Positions 17,992-27,770 of a stretch of DNA of 38,025 nt are shown one piece after another. The translations under genes were made by a program, and so were the position numbers. Origin of the DNA: Candidatus Woesearchaeota archaeon. Its GTDB lineage: Archaea > Nanobdellota > Nanobdellia > SCGC-AAA011-G17 > JACPNG01. The notes beneath the pieces were generated by a model. The model was not told the origin of the DNA. It saw only the letters and a list, made by a program, of their open reading frames with translations, and searched no databases. Position 1 is the first letter of the stretch. The number at the start of each line of letters is the position of its first letter. Location of the stretch: the NCBI GenBank assembly GCA_017609525.1, contig JAFCDT010000008.1, positions 1-38,025 of the forward strand, given 5' to 3'.

Positions 17992-18020
17992 GCTGGTGCC
18001 TTTTGGCATCGGCTTTTTTT
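17992..18020 (+). terminator. hairpin plus T-tract terminator between convergent genes
   Basis: GCTGGTGCC-tttt-GGCATCGGC (9 bp, 2 G-U) followed by T7. Confidence 0.7.
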
Positions 18021-18639
18021 ATTTTTTAAATTTTTTAAGAATTCTTTTTAAAAAAGGAGTTTTTGCTGGTGGTTCTTTACAAAGTCCAAAACTTTGTTGA
18101 GGATATTGTCTTCTGGAACCCCATGTCTCGTAAAATGCAATGTCTTGACAGGTAAACCTTATGGGAGCATTTGGCTTTTCATCTGCGTAACCTATTGTTA
18201 TGATTGCTTCTGGTTTTATTCCTGAAGGCAAATTTAAACATCTTGACATCGCATTATCATCAAAAGCACCCACCCAACACGTTGCCAGGCCATGTGCTGT
18301 TGCCATTGTCAATATGTTCTGAATAAAGGCTGCACAGTTTTGAATACTATAAAGGTTTTTTCCCCTTTCTCCATACATTCTTTCTACTTCAGCTATTCTG
18401 TTACAGACTGCAATTAAAACCGGTGCTTGATTCATCCAGTTTTGTTGTAGACAACAATCACTTATTTTTTGTTTTATTTCCTCATCTGTTATTATCACAA
18501 CATGCCAGTTTTGAACATTACCTGAAGAAGGAGTATAACGTGCTGCATCAAGTATGTCATTTATTATGCCCTGATTTACTTTTTTATCTTTGTAGGCCCT
18601 TATTGACCTTCTTTTTGTTATTGCAGATTTAACATCCAT
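18019..18639 (-). CDS. nitroreductase family protein
   Basis: RRSIRAY, PSSGNVQNW, GLATCWVGAF. Confidence 0.92.
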   Translation of the reverse strand: MDVKSAITKRRSIRAYKDKKVNQGIINDILDAARYTPSSGNVQNWHVVIITDEEIKQKISDCCLQQNWMNQAPVLIAVCNRIAEVERMYGERGKNLYSIQNCAAFIQNILTMATAHGLATCWVGAFDDNAMSRCLNLPSGIKPEAIITIGYADEKPNAPIRFTCQDIAFYETWGSRRQYPQQSFGLCKEPPAKTPFLKRILKKFKK

Positions 18640-18678
18640 ACCAAAATCTTTAAATCTTTCAAATATTTATAACTTTCT

Positions 18679-20421
18679 ATGAAGTATAGTTTGTTGGTTC
18701 AGTCCTATGATGCTCTTGATAAAACTACTAAACGTTTAGAAAAAACTAAAATTTTATCAGACTTAATAAAAAAAACACCCAAAGAGGAAGTTGAGAAAGT
18801 AATTTATTTGCTACAAGGAAGAGTTTTTCCAATTTGGGATGAAAGAAAGATAGGCATGAGTTCTCAATTGACTGTTAAGGCTTTGGTACTTGTTACTGGA
18901 ATTTCTAAAAAAAAGATAGAAGAACTATGGAAAAAAGAAGGAGATTTGGGAAAGGTTTCAGAGATAATTATGAAAGAAAAAACCCAAAGAACTTTAGGGA
19001 ATTATGAATTAACTGTGAAAAAAGTTTTTGAAAACATAAGGGCTTTGGCTGAATTAGAGGGAAAGGGCACTGTAGATAAAAAAATTAAACTTGTTTCTGA
19101 ATTATTAAGTTCTTCAAAACCCAAAGAGGCAAGATTTATTGTAAGAACAATTTTAGATAATTTACGTATTGGAGTTAAGGAAGGAATTTTAAGAGACGCT
19201 TTGGCGTGGACTGTTTTTCCAATTAGATACGATCCAGATGAAAATAAAATAGAATTCAAGAAAGGTTCACGCGAAGATTATAATGAAGTTATAGGAAAGA
19301 TACAACATGCTTATGACTTAACCAATGATTTTGGATCGGTTGCTGTTTCTCTTAAGGAAAAAGGACTCAAAAACTTGGAAGGAATTTCAATAGAGTTAGG
19401 CAAGCCAATAAATTCGATGTTGGCCATTAAGGAAGATGGTATTAAAGAAGCTCTCAAGGCTGTAGGTGCACCTGCTTTATTTGATTATAAGTTAGATGGA
19501 TTTAGGTTGCAGATACATAAATTCAAGAATAAGTATTACTTTTTTACTAGGAGACTAGAGGATGTTACTAAACAGTTTAAGGAATTGGTTCCAATTTTAG
19601 ACAAATATGTTAAAGGAAAAAATTATATATTGGATTCAGAATTGGTTGGTTATGATGTTAAAACTGGCAGATATTTGCCGTTTCAAAGTATTTCTCAAAG
19701 GATAAAAAGAAAGCACAATATTGACAAAATTGCTAAAGAATTTCCTGTTGAAATAAATGTATTTGATATTCTTTATTATAATAATAAAAACTATATGAAT
19801 CAACCTCAGAAAGAAAGAAGAAAACTTATAGAAAAGATAATAAAAAATAAGAAGAAAAAAATAGTATTAACGAAGAAGATTATTTCTAAAGATATTAAAA
19901 AAATAAAAACATTTTATAATGAAGCGCTTAAAGAAGGATATGAAGGGCTGATTGCTAAGAACCTCCATAAGGAATATTCTCCTGGCAGAAAGGTGGGAGG
20001 CTGGGTAAAATTAAAACCAGTGATGGAACCTTTACAATTAGTAGTTATTGGTGCTGAGTGGGGGGAAGGAAAAAGGGCAAATTGGTTAAGCAGTTTTATT
20101 CTTGCTTGTAAAAAAGGAGATAGTTTTTTGGAAATTGGAAAAGTTGGAACAGGAATTAAGGAAAAAGGAGAAGGATCAACTTTTAAGCAGTTAACTAAAA
20201 TGTTTAAACCATTAATAGAAAAAGAAGATGGAAAACATGTTATTATAAAGCCTAAAATCTTATTGGATGTAAGTTATGAAGAGATTCAAAGAAGTCCAAC
20301 CTATAAAAGTGGCTATGCTTTAAGATTTCCAAGATTAAATAGTGTGAGAAATGACTTAAAGTTAGAAGACTGTGATGACATTGAAAGAATTAAAAGATTA
20401 TACAAAAAACAGAAAAAATAG
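18679..20421 (+). CDS. lig: ATP-dependent DNA ligase
   Basis: YKLDGFRLQIH (motif I), EGLIAK, WVKLK, ALRFPR. Confidence 0.96.
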   Translation: MKYSLLVQSYDALDKTTKRLEKTKILSDLIKKTPKEEVEKVIYLLQGRVFPIWDERKIGMSSQLTVKALVLVTGISKKKIEELWKKEGDLGKVSEIIMKEKTQRTLGNYELTVKKVFENIRALAELEGKGTVDKKIKLVSELLSSSKPKEARFIVRTILDNLRIGVKEGILRDALAWTVFPIRYDPDENKIEFKKGSREDYNEVIGKIQHAYDLTNDFGSVAVSLKEKGLKNLEGISIELGKPINSMLAIKEDGIKEALKAVGAPALFDYKLDGFRLQIHKFKNKYYFFTRRLEDVTKQFKELVPILDKYVKGKNYILDSELVGYDVKTGRYLPFQSISQRIKRKHNIDKIAKEFPVEINVFDILYYNNKNYMNQPQKERRKLIEKIIKNKKKKIVLTKKIISKDIKKIKTFYNEALKEGYEGLIAKNLHKEYSPGRKVGGWVKLKPVMEPLQLVVIGAEWGEGKRANWLSSFILACKKGDSFLEIGKVGTGIKEKGEGSTFKQLTKMFKPLIEKEDGKHVIIKPKILLDVSYEEIQRSPTYKSGYALRFPRLNSVRNDLKLEDCDDIERIKRLYKKQKK

Positions 20422-20588
20422 TGATTTGTTATCTGCCGGGAATAAAAAGATATTTTTTACTATAATAATCTTTAAATACTAGTGCTATTACCATTAAGGT
20501 ATAGTTTATATTTTAGTTAAGTAGAAAAAGAATATGAATACTTAGCAGTTACTAAAAAAAGAGGTGATCCTCGGGAGGCACAGGTACT

Positions 20589-21413
20589 ATGATTGTAAAG
20601 GAAGAGTTTTTAAATAAACTTAGGCGTTCTTTTGGTCTAAATTTATATGAGGTTAAAATTTGGACTGCTCTTTTATCTCGGGGGGTTTCTACTGCGGGGG
20701 AATTAAGTGAGATTGGCGATGTGCCAAGAAGTCGAGCTTATGATGTTCTAGAAGGTTTGGAGAAGAAAGGTTTTGTAGTGATGAAACTTGGCAAACCGAT
20801 TAAGTACATTGCGGTGGATCCAAGAGAGGTGGTTGAAAGAGCAAAGAAACTTGTGAAACAAAATGCAAATGAAAGTGTTAATAGACTTGAAGAATTAAAA
20901 GGAACTTCTGTTTTAAACGAGTTGGAACTTTTACATAAAGAGGGAATTGAATTTGTTGAACCGTCTGATTTGAGCGGGGCTATTCGTGGTAGACATAATC
21001 TTTATTCTCACTTAGAAACAATGATAAAAGCAGCTAAGAAAAGTGTTACAATTATGACAACCTCAAAGGGAATTCTAAGAAAGATAGATGCATTAAAAAG
21101 TGAACTAGAAAGGTTACACAAGAAAGGTGTAAAAATTAAAATTGCTGCACCTATTACTAAAGATTCTGCCAGCGCGGTTAAAGACCTAATGAAGATTGCA
21201 GATGTAAAGCATATTGATAAGATTAATGCAAGGTTTTGTGTAGTTGATGATAAAGATATGATGTTTATGGTGATGGATGATACTGAAGTACATCCGACAT
21301 ATGACTTCGGTGTTTGGGTAAATACACCCTATTTTGCTTCTGCACTGTCAAATATGTTTAATCTAGCGTGGAAAGATATGACTAGCGCCGACAAGGTGAT
21401 GGCTAAGTTTTAG
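20589..21413 (+). CDS. TrmB-family regulator/chromatin protein
   Basis: GLNLYEVKIWTALL..VPRSRAYDVLEGLEKKG winged HTH plus PLD-like C-terminal domain. Confidence 0.9.
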   Translation: MIVKEEFLNKLRRSFGLNLYEVKIWTALLSRGVSTAGELSEIGDVPRSRAYDVLEGLEKKGFVVMKLGKPIKYIAVDPREVVERAKKLVKQNANESVNRLEELKGTSVLNELELLHKEGIEFVEPSDLSGAIRGRHNLYSHLETMIKAAKKSVTIMTTSKGILRKIDALKSELERLHKKGVKIKIAAPITKDSASAVKDLMKIADVKHIDKINARFCVVDDKDMMFMVMDDTEVHPTYDFGVWVNTPYFASALSNMFNLAWKDMTSADKVMAKF

Positions 21414-21478
21414 TATATCTTTTAATTCTTTTTTTTTATTACACAAATCTTTATAAATATGGATTCTACTAAACGGAT

Positions 21479-21703
21479 ATGGTTAAGAAGAAACCAACAA
21501 TGGAGTATAGGGATGAGAAAGGAAATACCCTATATGGCTTTTCTCAGACCAGTTTGGATCAGACTAATGCTAAGTTAAATAATGTAGTTTTAGGATTAAA
21601 GATTTTAATTATTTTGTTTGTTATTTTTCTAATAGGTGTTGGTTTAATAATTGGTTGGATATCTTATTACGATGTCATAACTAGATTGATTTATGGTTAT
21701 TAG
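21479..21703 (+). CDS. small single-pass membrane protein
   Basis: Own TATA box at 21450-21457; one C-terminal TM helix. Confidence 0.7.
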   Translation: MVKKKPTMEYRDEKGNTLYGFSQTSLDQTNAKLNNVVLGLKILIILFVIFLIGVGLIIGWISYYDVITRLIYGY

Positions 21704-21763
21704 TTTTAACTGCCTTGTTTTCTTAACTAAAGATTTATAAATTAATTGTTTTTACCATTTGGT

Positions 21764-22204
21764 ATGATTTGCATTGTTGCTTTGGTAGTTTTTGCAGTAT
21801 TGGCTATTTTTAGTGCAAGATATAGGCCTTTGGCTAAGGAAGCCTTTGATTGTACTTTTAGAAAAATTACTTTTAGGAAATGCAAGACTAATTTAGACCA
21901 ACGAATAAGAGCAAAGTTAACTGGAAAGTTAATGAGGGTGCCAAGAGTAGCAAGATTTACCTATAAACATTTCCAGATCTTATCTTTTATTTTTACAACT
22001 CTTTTTATTTTAAGCATAGTTTTTACAGGAACGGCTGTATACAATTATGCAGTTTATGGAAACTGCAATGGTCCAAATAGCGATGGTTTTTGTATTTTTA
22101 ATCCTCTGGATTTAGGAGATTGCAATCAAAGCAATTGTACTGCTGAAGATTGTAATTGTGAAAATGTTGGCGAATGCGATTGTCCTGATGGCGGTTGCAA
22201 ATAA
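21764..22204 (+). CDS. membrane protein with Cys-rich C-terminal tail
   Basis: Two hydrophobic segments; tail CNQSNCTAEDCNCENVGECDCPDGGCK; ATG 21764 lies 22 nt after TATA 21734-21741. Confidence 0.75.
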   Translation: MICIVALVVFAVLAIFSARYRPLAKEAFDCTFRKITFRKCKTNLDQRIRAKLTGKLMRVPRVARFTYKHFQILSFIFTTLFILSIVFTGTAVYNYAVYGNCNGPNSDGFCIFNPLDLGDCNQSNCTAEDCNCENVGECDCPDGGCK

Positions 22205-22206
22205 AA

Positions 22207-23317
22207 ATGTATAATGTTGAGAGAATTAGAAAAGATTTTGAAGTTCTTAATAAGAATGTTGTTTATCTGGATTCTGCTTGTATGGCTCTTAAACCTAATC
22301 AGTAAGAGAGTTACATCAGAAGTTGAAGAATCCAGGAAGACCATTAAGAAATTTTTGAATGCTAAAAAAGGTGAGTTAATATTTACTAAAAATACTACTG
22401 AGAGTATTAATTTGGTTGCTAATTCTTTAGGTTTTCAAAAAGGAGAAATTGTTGTGAGCAGTGATAGAGAACATAATTCTAATTTATTGCCATGGCAAAT
22501 ATTGGAAAAGAAAAAAGGAATTAAAAGAAGAATTGTTGATGAAAAACAAGACCACTCTTTTGATTTAGATGATTTTAATGAAAAGGTTAAGGGTGCCAGA
22601 CTGGTTTCTGTTGTTCACACTTCTAATTTAGATGGGTATACATTGCCTGTTAAGGATATTATAAAAATAGCCCATGAAAATGATGCTTTGGTTTTGTTAG
22701 ATGGAGCACAAAGTACACCACATAAAGAAATCAATCTCAAAAAATTAGATGCAGATTTCTTTGCTTTTTCTGGACATAAAATGCTAGGACCTACTGGGGT
22801 TGGTGGGTTGTATGGAAAGAAAGAGTTGTTAGAAAAGCTAGAACCTTTTATTGTTGGAGGAGATACTGTTACTGAAACAACATATGATAAACAAGAATTT
22901 GCAGATGTTCCTCATAGATTTGAGGCTGGTTTGCAACATTATGCTGGAATAATTGGTTTGGGTGAGGCTGTTAAATATCTAATGAGGTTGGGATTGAAAA
23001 ATATTGAGAAGCACGAAATTAAATTACAGAGATTTATTGTTGATAATCTGAATAATGAAAAGATTGAAAGGATTGGTTTCAAAGGTGAAACCGGAATATT
23101 TAATTTTAATATTAGAAAGATGAGCCCGCACAACGTGGCAATGATATTGGATGAAACAGAGAATATTATGATTAGAAGTGGAGCCCATTGTGTACATAGC
23201 TGGTTTAATAAATATAACCTACAAGGCAGCGCAAGGGCTTCCTTATACTTGTATAATAACAAAGAGGACTGTGAGAAGTTTATTAAAGGTGTGAATAATA
23301 TTATAAAGCTGGGCTAG
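22207..23317 (+). pseudogene. sufS: SufS-type cysteine desulfurase disrupted near the 5' end (or assembly artefact)
   Basis: True N-terminus MYNVERIRKDFEVL..VYLDSACMALKPNQ stops at 22305; the body (NTTESIN, EHNSN, DGAQ, SGHKMLGP, RSGAHC) is in another frame. Confidence 0.8.
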
Positions 23318-23342
23318 TTTTGTAAATTAAAAAGAGGTGAAT

Positions 23343-24827
23343 ATGAAACTAAGTATTTTGTTTGGTGGTAAGGCTGGTTTGGGCCCCAATATTCTGGGAA
23401 GCATTTTAGGCGAGGCATTAGTTAAGCAAGGCTATTATGTTTTTTATTCCAGAGATTATCAATCTTTAATTAGGGGGGGACATAACTTTAATGTTCTAAC
23501 TTTTTCTGATAAACCTGTTTATAGTAATGAAACTAAAATTGATATTTTGGTCGCTTTGGATGAAAACACAGTAAGAATTCATAAAAAAGATCTGAAAAAA
23601 CGAGCAGAGATTATTAAAGGAAGTCATGTGAATATGTATTTTGCTGGGGCTTTGTTTAAGGTTCTTGGTTTGGATTTTAAGATTTTGAAAAACAGACTAA
23701 AAAGTTTAAGAAATTTTGAAGAAAATCTGAAAAGTGCTAAAAAAGGTTATATTGAAGAAAAGGAGAGGTATGAGATAAAGAGATTAAAAAGAAAAAAATT
23801 AACTTTTATGAATGGAACCCAAGGAATAGCACATGGGGCAATTAGGTCTGGTTTAGATGTTTACTATGCTTATCCTATGACTCCTGCAACTCCTTTGTTG
23901 GGTATTCTTGCTCAAAAACAAATTGAGCATAATTATTTGGTTTTGGAACCAGAAAATGAAATTGCAGTTATCAATGCAGCGGTTGGTTCTGCGATTACTG
24001 GTGCGAAGAGTATGCTGGGAACATCTGGGGGAGGTTTTGATTTAATGACAGAAACGTTGAGTATGTGCGGGATGGTAGGCATACCTTTAGTGATTTATCT
24101 AGCTCAGAGACCGGGTCCTGGTACAGGGGTCCCAACTTACACAAGACAAGGTGATTTAAATGATGCGAGACATGCCGGACATGGGGAATTTCCTAGAATT
24201 GTTTTGGCTCCGGGAAATCCAATTGAGGCAGCAGAGTTAACTAGCGAGGCTTTTTATTTTTCTCAAAAATATAAAATTCCCTGTATTGTTTTGAGTGATA
24301 AACATTTAGCAGAAAGTTTTTACACTTTTACTAGGAAACCTAGGATAAAAAGATCTAATAAATCAACAAAGTTGATAAAGTACACTAGTTATGAGCATTT
24401 TAAAAAAGGAGTGTCTACAGAGGATGCAAAGAAAGTAAGGAAAGGAGTTGAAGAAAGATTAAAGAAAAATAAGAAAATTAAAAAAGAGGCTGAAAAATTC
24501 AGGATGTTTAAAATTTATGGCAATAAAAAAAGTAAAAATTTAATTATAGGTTGGGGATCAACGAAAGGGGCAATTTTAGATGCAATCAAGGGACTTAACT
24601 GTAAATTTTTACAAGTTTTGTATATTGAACCTTTTTCAATTAAGATTAAAAAGCATTTAAAGAGAGCAAAAAATGTAGTGGTTGTTGAGAATAATTCTAC
24701 TTCACAATTATCAGATGTTATTGCTGAGAAAACTGGTTTTTTAATTAAAAATAAAATTTTGAAATATGATGCAAGGCCGTTTTTTGGTGAAGAATTGAAT
24801 AAATTAATCAGGAAAAAGTTAAAATGA
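23343..24827 (+). CDS. 2-oxoacid:ferredoxin oxidoreductase alpha subunit (gamma-alpha fusion)
   Basis: YQSLIRGGH, YPMTPAT, TSGGGF, QRPGPGTG; GAGGTG SD before ATG 23343. Confidence 0.93.
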   Translation: MKLSILFGGKAGLGPNILGSILGEALVKQGYYVFYSRDYQSLIRGGHNFNVLTFSDKPVYSNETKIDILVALDENTVRIHKKDLKKRAEIIKGSHVNMYFAGALFKVLGLDFKILKNRLKSLRNFEENLKSAKKGYIEEKERYEIKRLKRKKLTFMNGTQGIAHGAIRSGLDVYYAYPMTPATPLLGILAQKQIEHNYLVLEPENEIAVINAAVGSAITGAKSMLGTSGGGFDLMTETLSMCGMVGIPLVIYLAQRPGPGTGVPTYTRQGDLNDARHAGHGEFPRIVLAPGNPIEAAELTSEAFYFSQKYKIPCIVLSDKHLAESFYTFTRKPRIKRSNKSTKLIKYTSYEHFKKGVSTEDAKKVRKGVEERLKKNKKIKKEAEKFRMFKIYGNKKSKNLIIGWGSTKGAILDAIKGLNCKFLQVLYIEPFSIKIKKHLKRAKNVVVVENNSTSQLSDVIAEKTGFLIKNKILKYDARPFFGEELNKLIRKKLK

Positions 24828-25639
24828 AAAAATTAGATACAGGAGAAAAATCAACTTGGTGTCCTGGATGTCCCAACTCCCTTATTTTAGAAGGAGTTAA
24901 GCAAGCGCTTGCTAAAAGAACCAATGTAGCAATTGTTTCTGGCATTGGATGTCATGCCAAGATTTTTGATTATCTTAATCTGCCTGGTTTGAATAGCATA
25001 CATGGAAGGGTTTTGCCAACTTGTTTAGGTCTTAAAATAGGAAATCCTAATCTAAATGTTGTTGGTTTTTCAGGTGATGGGGATGCTTACCAAGAAGGAA
25101 TAAGCCATTTAGTCCATGCAGCGAGGTATAATTCTGATTTTAAGTACCTAGTTCATAATAACCAGGTTTTTGCATTGACTGTTGGTCAGCCTACTGCAAC
25201 TACTGAGATTGGTTTTAAGGACAAGACAACTATGCCTTTTGGTTCTAAGATTGTGCCATTAAATCCAATAAAATTGATGCTGGCTTGTGGTGCTAGTTTT
25301 GTTGCCAGAGTGTTTGCTGATATAAAACAGGTGAGATGGATTCTAAATGAGGCATTTAAGCATAAAGGTTTTGCTTTTGTTGAGATAATACAACCGTGTA
25401 TTACTTTTCATCCAGACACTGGTTATAAAGAGAAAACATATTCTTTAGAGAAAACCGGACATAATAAGAGAGATTTAAAAGCAGCTTTTAGAAAGGCAGA
25501 TGAATTTGATTATAATACTGTGAAGAAGATCCCTTTAGGAATATTTTACCAGGAAAAAAGAGAAACTTTTGAAGAGAAATATCCCCAATTGGTTAAATTA
25601 AAGAAAAAGGAGATTTCTTGGAGAAACATAAAGAGGTAA
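24824..25639 (+). CDS. 2-oxoacid:ferredoxin oxidoreductase beta subunit
   Basis: TWCPGC, SGIGC, HGR, GDGD TPP motif, QPCITF. Confidence 0.94.
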   Translation: MKKLDTGEKSTWCPGCPNSLILEGVKQALAKRTNVAIVSGIGCHAKIFDYLNLPGLNSIHGRVLPTCLGLKIGNPNLNVVGFSGDGDAYQEGISHLVHAARYNSDFKYLVHNNQVFALTVGQPTATTEIGFKDKTTMPFGSKIVPLNPIKLMLACGASFVARVFADIKQVRWILNEAFKHKGFAFVEIIQPCITFHPDTGYKEKTYSLEKTGHNKRDLKAAFRKADEFDYNTVKKIPLGIFYQEKRETFEEKYPQLVKLKKKEISWRNIKR

Positions 25640-25693
25640 TATTATTTTAAAGAGCAGTTAATTTTATAAAGCTTTAATCTAGATTTTTCTTTT

Positions 25694-26587
25694 ATGTTTG
25701 ATGTTATTATTGTTGGTGCCGGACCTGCAGGTTTGAGTGCTTGTCTAGAAGCTAAAAAAAATAATTTGAATTACTTGTGTTTAGAGCAGAATAAAATAGC
25801 AAATACAATTAGAAATTACCCCAAAGGCAAAAAGATACAGAAAGATTATATGGGGGTTAGTTTAGAAAAAGAAGGAGAATTATTTTTTGAAGAAGTTAGT
25901 AGAGAAGAACTTATTGAGAAATGGGAAAGGATAGTTCATGAGGAAAAATTAAATATTAAAGAAAACGATAATGTGCTGGATATTAAAAAAGAAGATGAAA
26001 CCTTTAAGGTGATTGCCAATTCTGGCGAATATAAAACAAAAAATGTTATTTTGGCTATTGGAAGGATGTCAAGCCCTAGAAAACTGGAGGTTGTTGGAGA
26101 GGATCAAAATAATGTTTTCTATAGATTAGATGATCCTGGAGAATACAGTGATAAAAATATTTTAGTTGTAGGAGGAGGAAATAGTGCTATTGAAGCTGCC
26201 TTATTATTAAGTAAAAAGAATAAAGTTACTTTAAGTTATAGGAAATCAGAGCTTTTTAGATTAACTAATGAAAATCAAGAGGGAATAGCTAAAAATGAGA
26301 ATGTTAATGTTATTTTTGAATCTAATGTAGAAGAGATCAATGGTAAAGAAGTAAGTTTAAATATTAAAGGCGAGATAAAAAAATTAGAATTTGACTATGT
26401 TTTTATATTGGTTGGATTTAACTTACCTACAGAGTTCCTGGACAGAATTGGAGTTGAGGTTGGTGAGGGCATAGAAAGCAATATAAAAGGGATATACTTA
26501 ATAGGTGATATAAAGGAAGTTAAGAATATTACTCATGCTATAAATGATGGAAAAAAAGCAATCGAGGTGCTTAAGAATGGATTATAA
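25694..26587 (+). CDS. TrxR-fold FAD/NAD(P) oxidoreductase lacking CxxC (YpdA/FNR-like)
   Basis: GAGPAG, GGGNSA, SYRK, IGD; no CxxC before the NADPH-binding motif. Confidence 0.85.
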   Translation: MFDVIIVGAGPAGLSACLEAKKNNLNYLCLEQNKIANTIRNYPKGKKIQKDYMGVSLEKEGELFFEEVSREELIEKWERIVHEEKLNIKENDNVLDIKKEDETFKVIANSGEYKTKNVILAIGRMSSPRKLEVVGEDQNNVFYRLDDPGEYSDKNILVVGGGNSAIEAALLLSKKNKVTLSYRKSELFRLTNENQEGIAKNENVNVIFESNVEEINGKEVSLNIKGEIKKLEFDYVFILVGFNLPTEFLDRIGVEVGEGIESNIKGIYLIGDIKEVKNITHAINDGKKAIEVLKNGL

Positions 26588-27770
26588 TAAAGAAGCAATA
26601 AAAATGCATAAGGAAAAAAAAGGCAAAATTGAAGTAGTGAGTAAGGTCGAATTAAAAAATAAAGATGATATGTCTATTGCTTATACTCCTGGAGTAGCAG
26701 AACCTTGCAGAGAAATCGCTAAAGATAAGAAGAAAGTTTATGATTATACTGCTAAGGGCAATATGGTTGCTGTTGTTAGTGATGGTTCAGCAGTATTGGG
26801 CTTGGGAAATATTGGAGCTGAGGCGGCATTGCCTGTTATGGAAGGCAAAGCAATACTGTTTAAGGAATTTGGTAATGTAGATGCATTTCCAATTTGTTTG
26901 GATACTCAGGATACAGAAGAGATAATTAAGGCTGTTAAGCAAATTGCGCCTGTTTTTGGTGGTATTAATCTGGAAGATATTTCTGCTCCCAGATGCTTTG
27001 AGATTGAGGAGAGACTGAAGAAAGAGTTGGATATTCCTGTTTTTCATGATGATCAACATGGTACTGCAATAGTTGTTTTAGCTGGATTGATAAATGCCTT
27101 GAAATTAACCGGTAAGAAAAAAGAAGAGATTAAGGTTGTTGTTTCTGGCGCCGGGGCTGCTGGCATAGCAGTGACTAAGATCTTGCTTAGTTATGGTGTT
27201 GAAAATATTGTGTTAACTGACAGCAAGGGGGCCATTTATAGTTGTAGGGATCATTTGAATCTTACTAAGAAGGAAATTTCTTTTGTTACAAACTCTAAAT
27301 GCGGACATACCGAGTTTCAGAATAGTGAAAAATGTAAGACCTGCATTAGAGGAAGTTTAAAAGATGCATTGAAAGGAAGTGATGTTTTTATTGGACTAAG
27401 TGTTGCTGGGATCGTTGATAAGGATATGGTCAAGAGCATGAACAAAGACCCCATTATTTTTGCTATGGCCAATCCTACTCCGGAAATTATGCCTGATGAG
27501 GCCAAGGAAGCTGGAGCCAAGATAATAGCCACAGGTAGAAGTGATTTTCCTAATCAGATAAACAATGTTTTGGCTTTCCCTAATATTTTTAGAGGAGCAC
27601 TAGATGCTGGGGCTAAGGATATAACAGAAGAGATGAAGGTTAAATCTGCAGAGGCTTTAGCTGATTCTGTTGATGATTTAAGTGAGGAAAAGATAATTCC
27701 AAATGTGTTTGACAAGGGTTATAGGGAAACAATAATAAAAGCTGTGAAGGATTGTGTTAAAGAAACTTAG
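26577..27770 (+). CDS. NAD(P)-dependent malic enzyme
   Basis: [40 protein letters not shown]; GAGGTG SD at 26564 supports ATG 26577. Confidence 0.94.
   Translation: MDYNKEAIKMHKEKKGKIEVVSKVELKNKDDMSIAYTPGVAEPCREIAKDKKKVYDYTAKGNMVAVVSDGSAVLGLGNIGAEAALPVMEGKAILFKEFGNVDAFPICLDTQDTEEIIKAVKQIAPVFGGINLEDISAPRCFEIEERLKKELDIPVFHDDQHGTAIVVLAGLINALKLTGKKKEEIKVVVSGAGAAGIAVTKILLSYGVENIVLTDSKGAIYSCRDHLNLTKKEISFVTNSKCGHTEFQNSEKCKTCIRGSLKDALKGSDVFIGLSVAGIVDKDMVKSMNKDPIIFAMANPTPEIMPDEAKEAGAKIIATGRSDFPNQINNVLAFPNIFRGALDAGAKDITEEMKVKSAEALADSVDDLSEEKIIPNVFDKGYRETIIKAVKDCVKET

Noticed and set aside
22290-22310. Programmed frameshift or stop readthrough in sufS
   Set aside because: No slippery site, and about 20 conserved residues are missing, which recoding cannot restore
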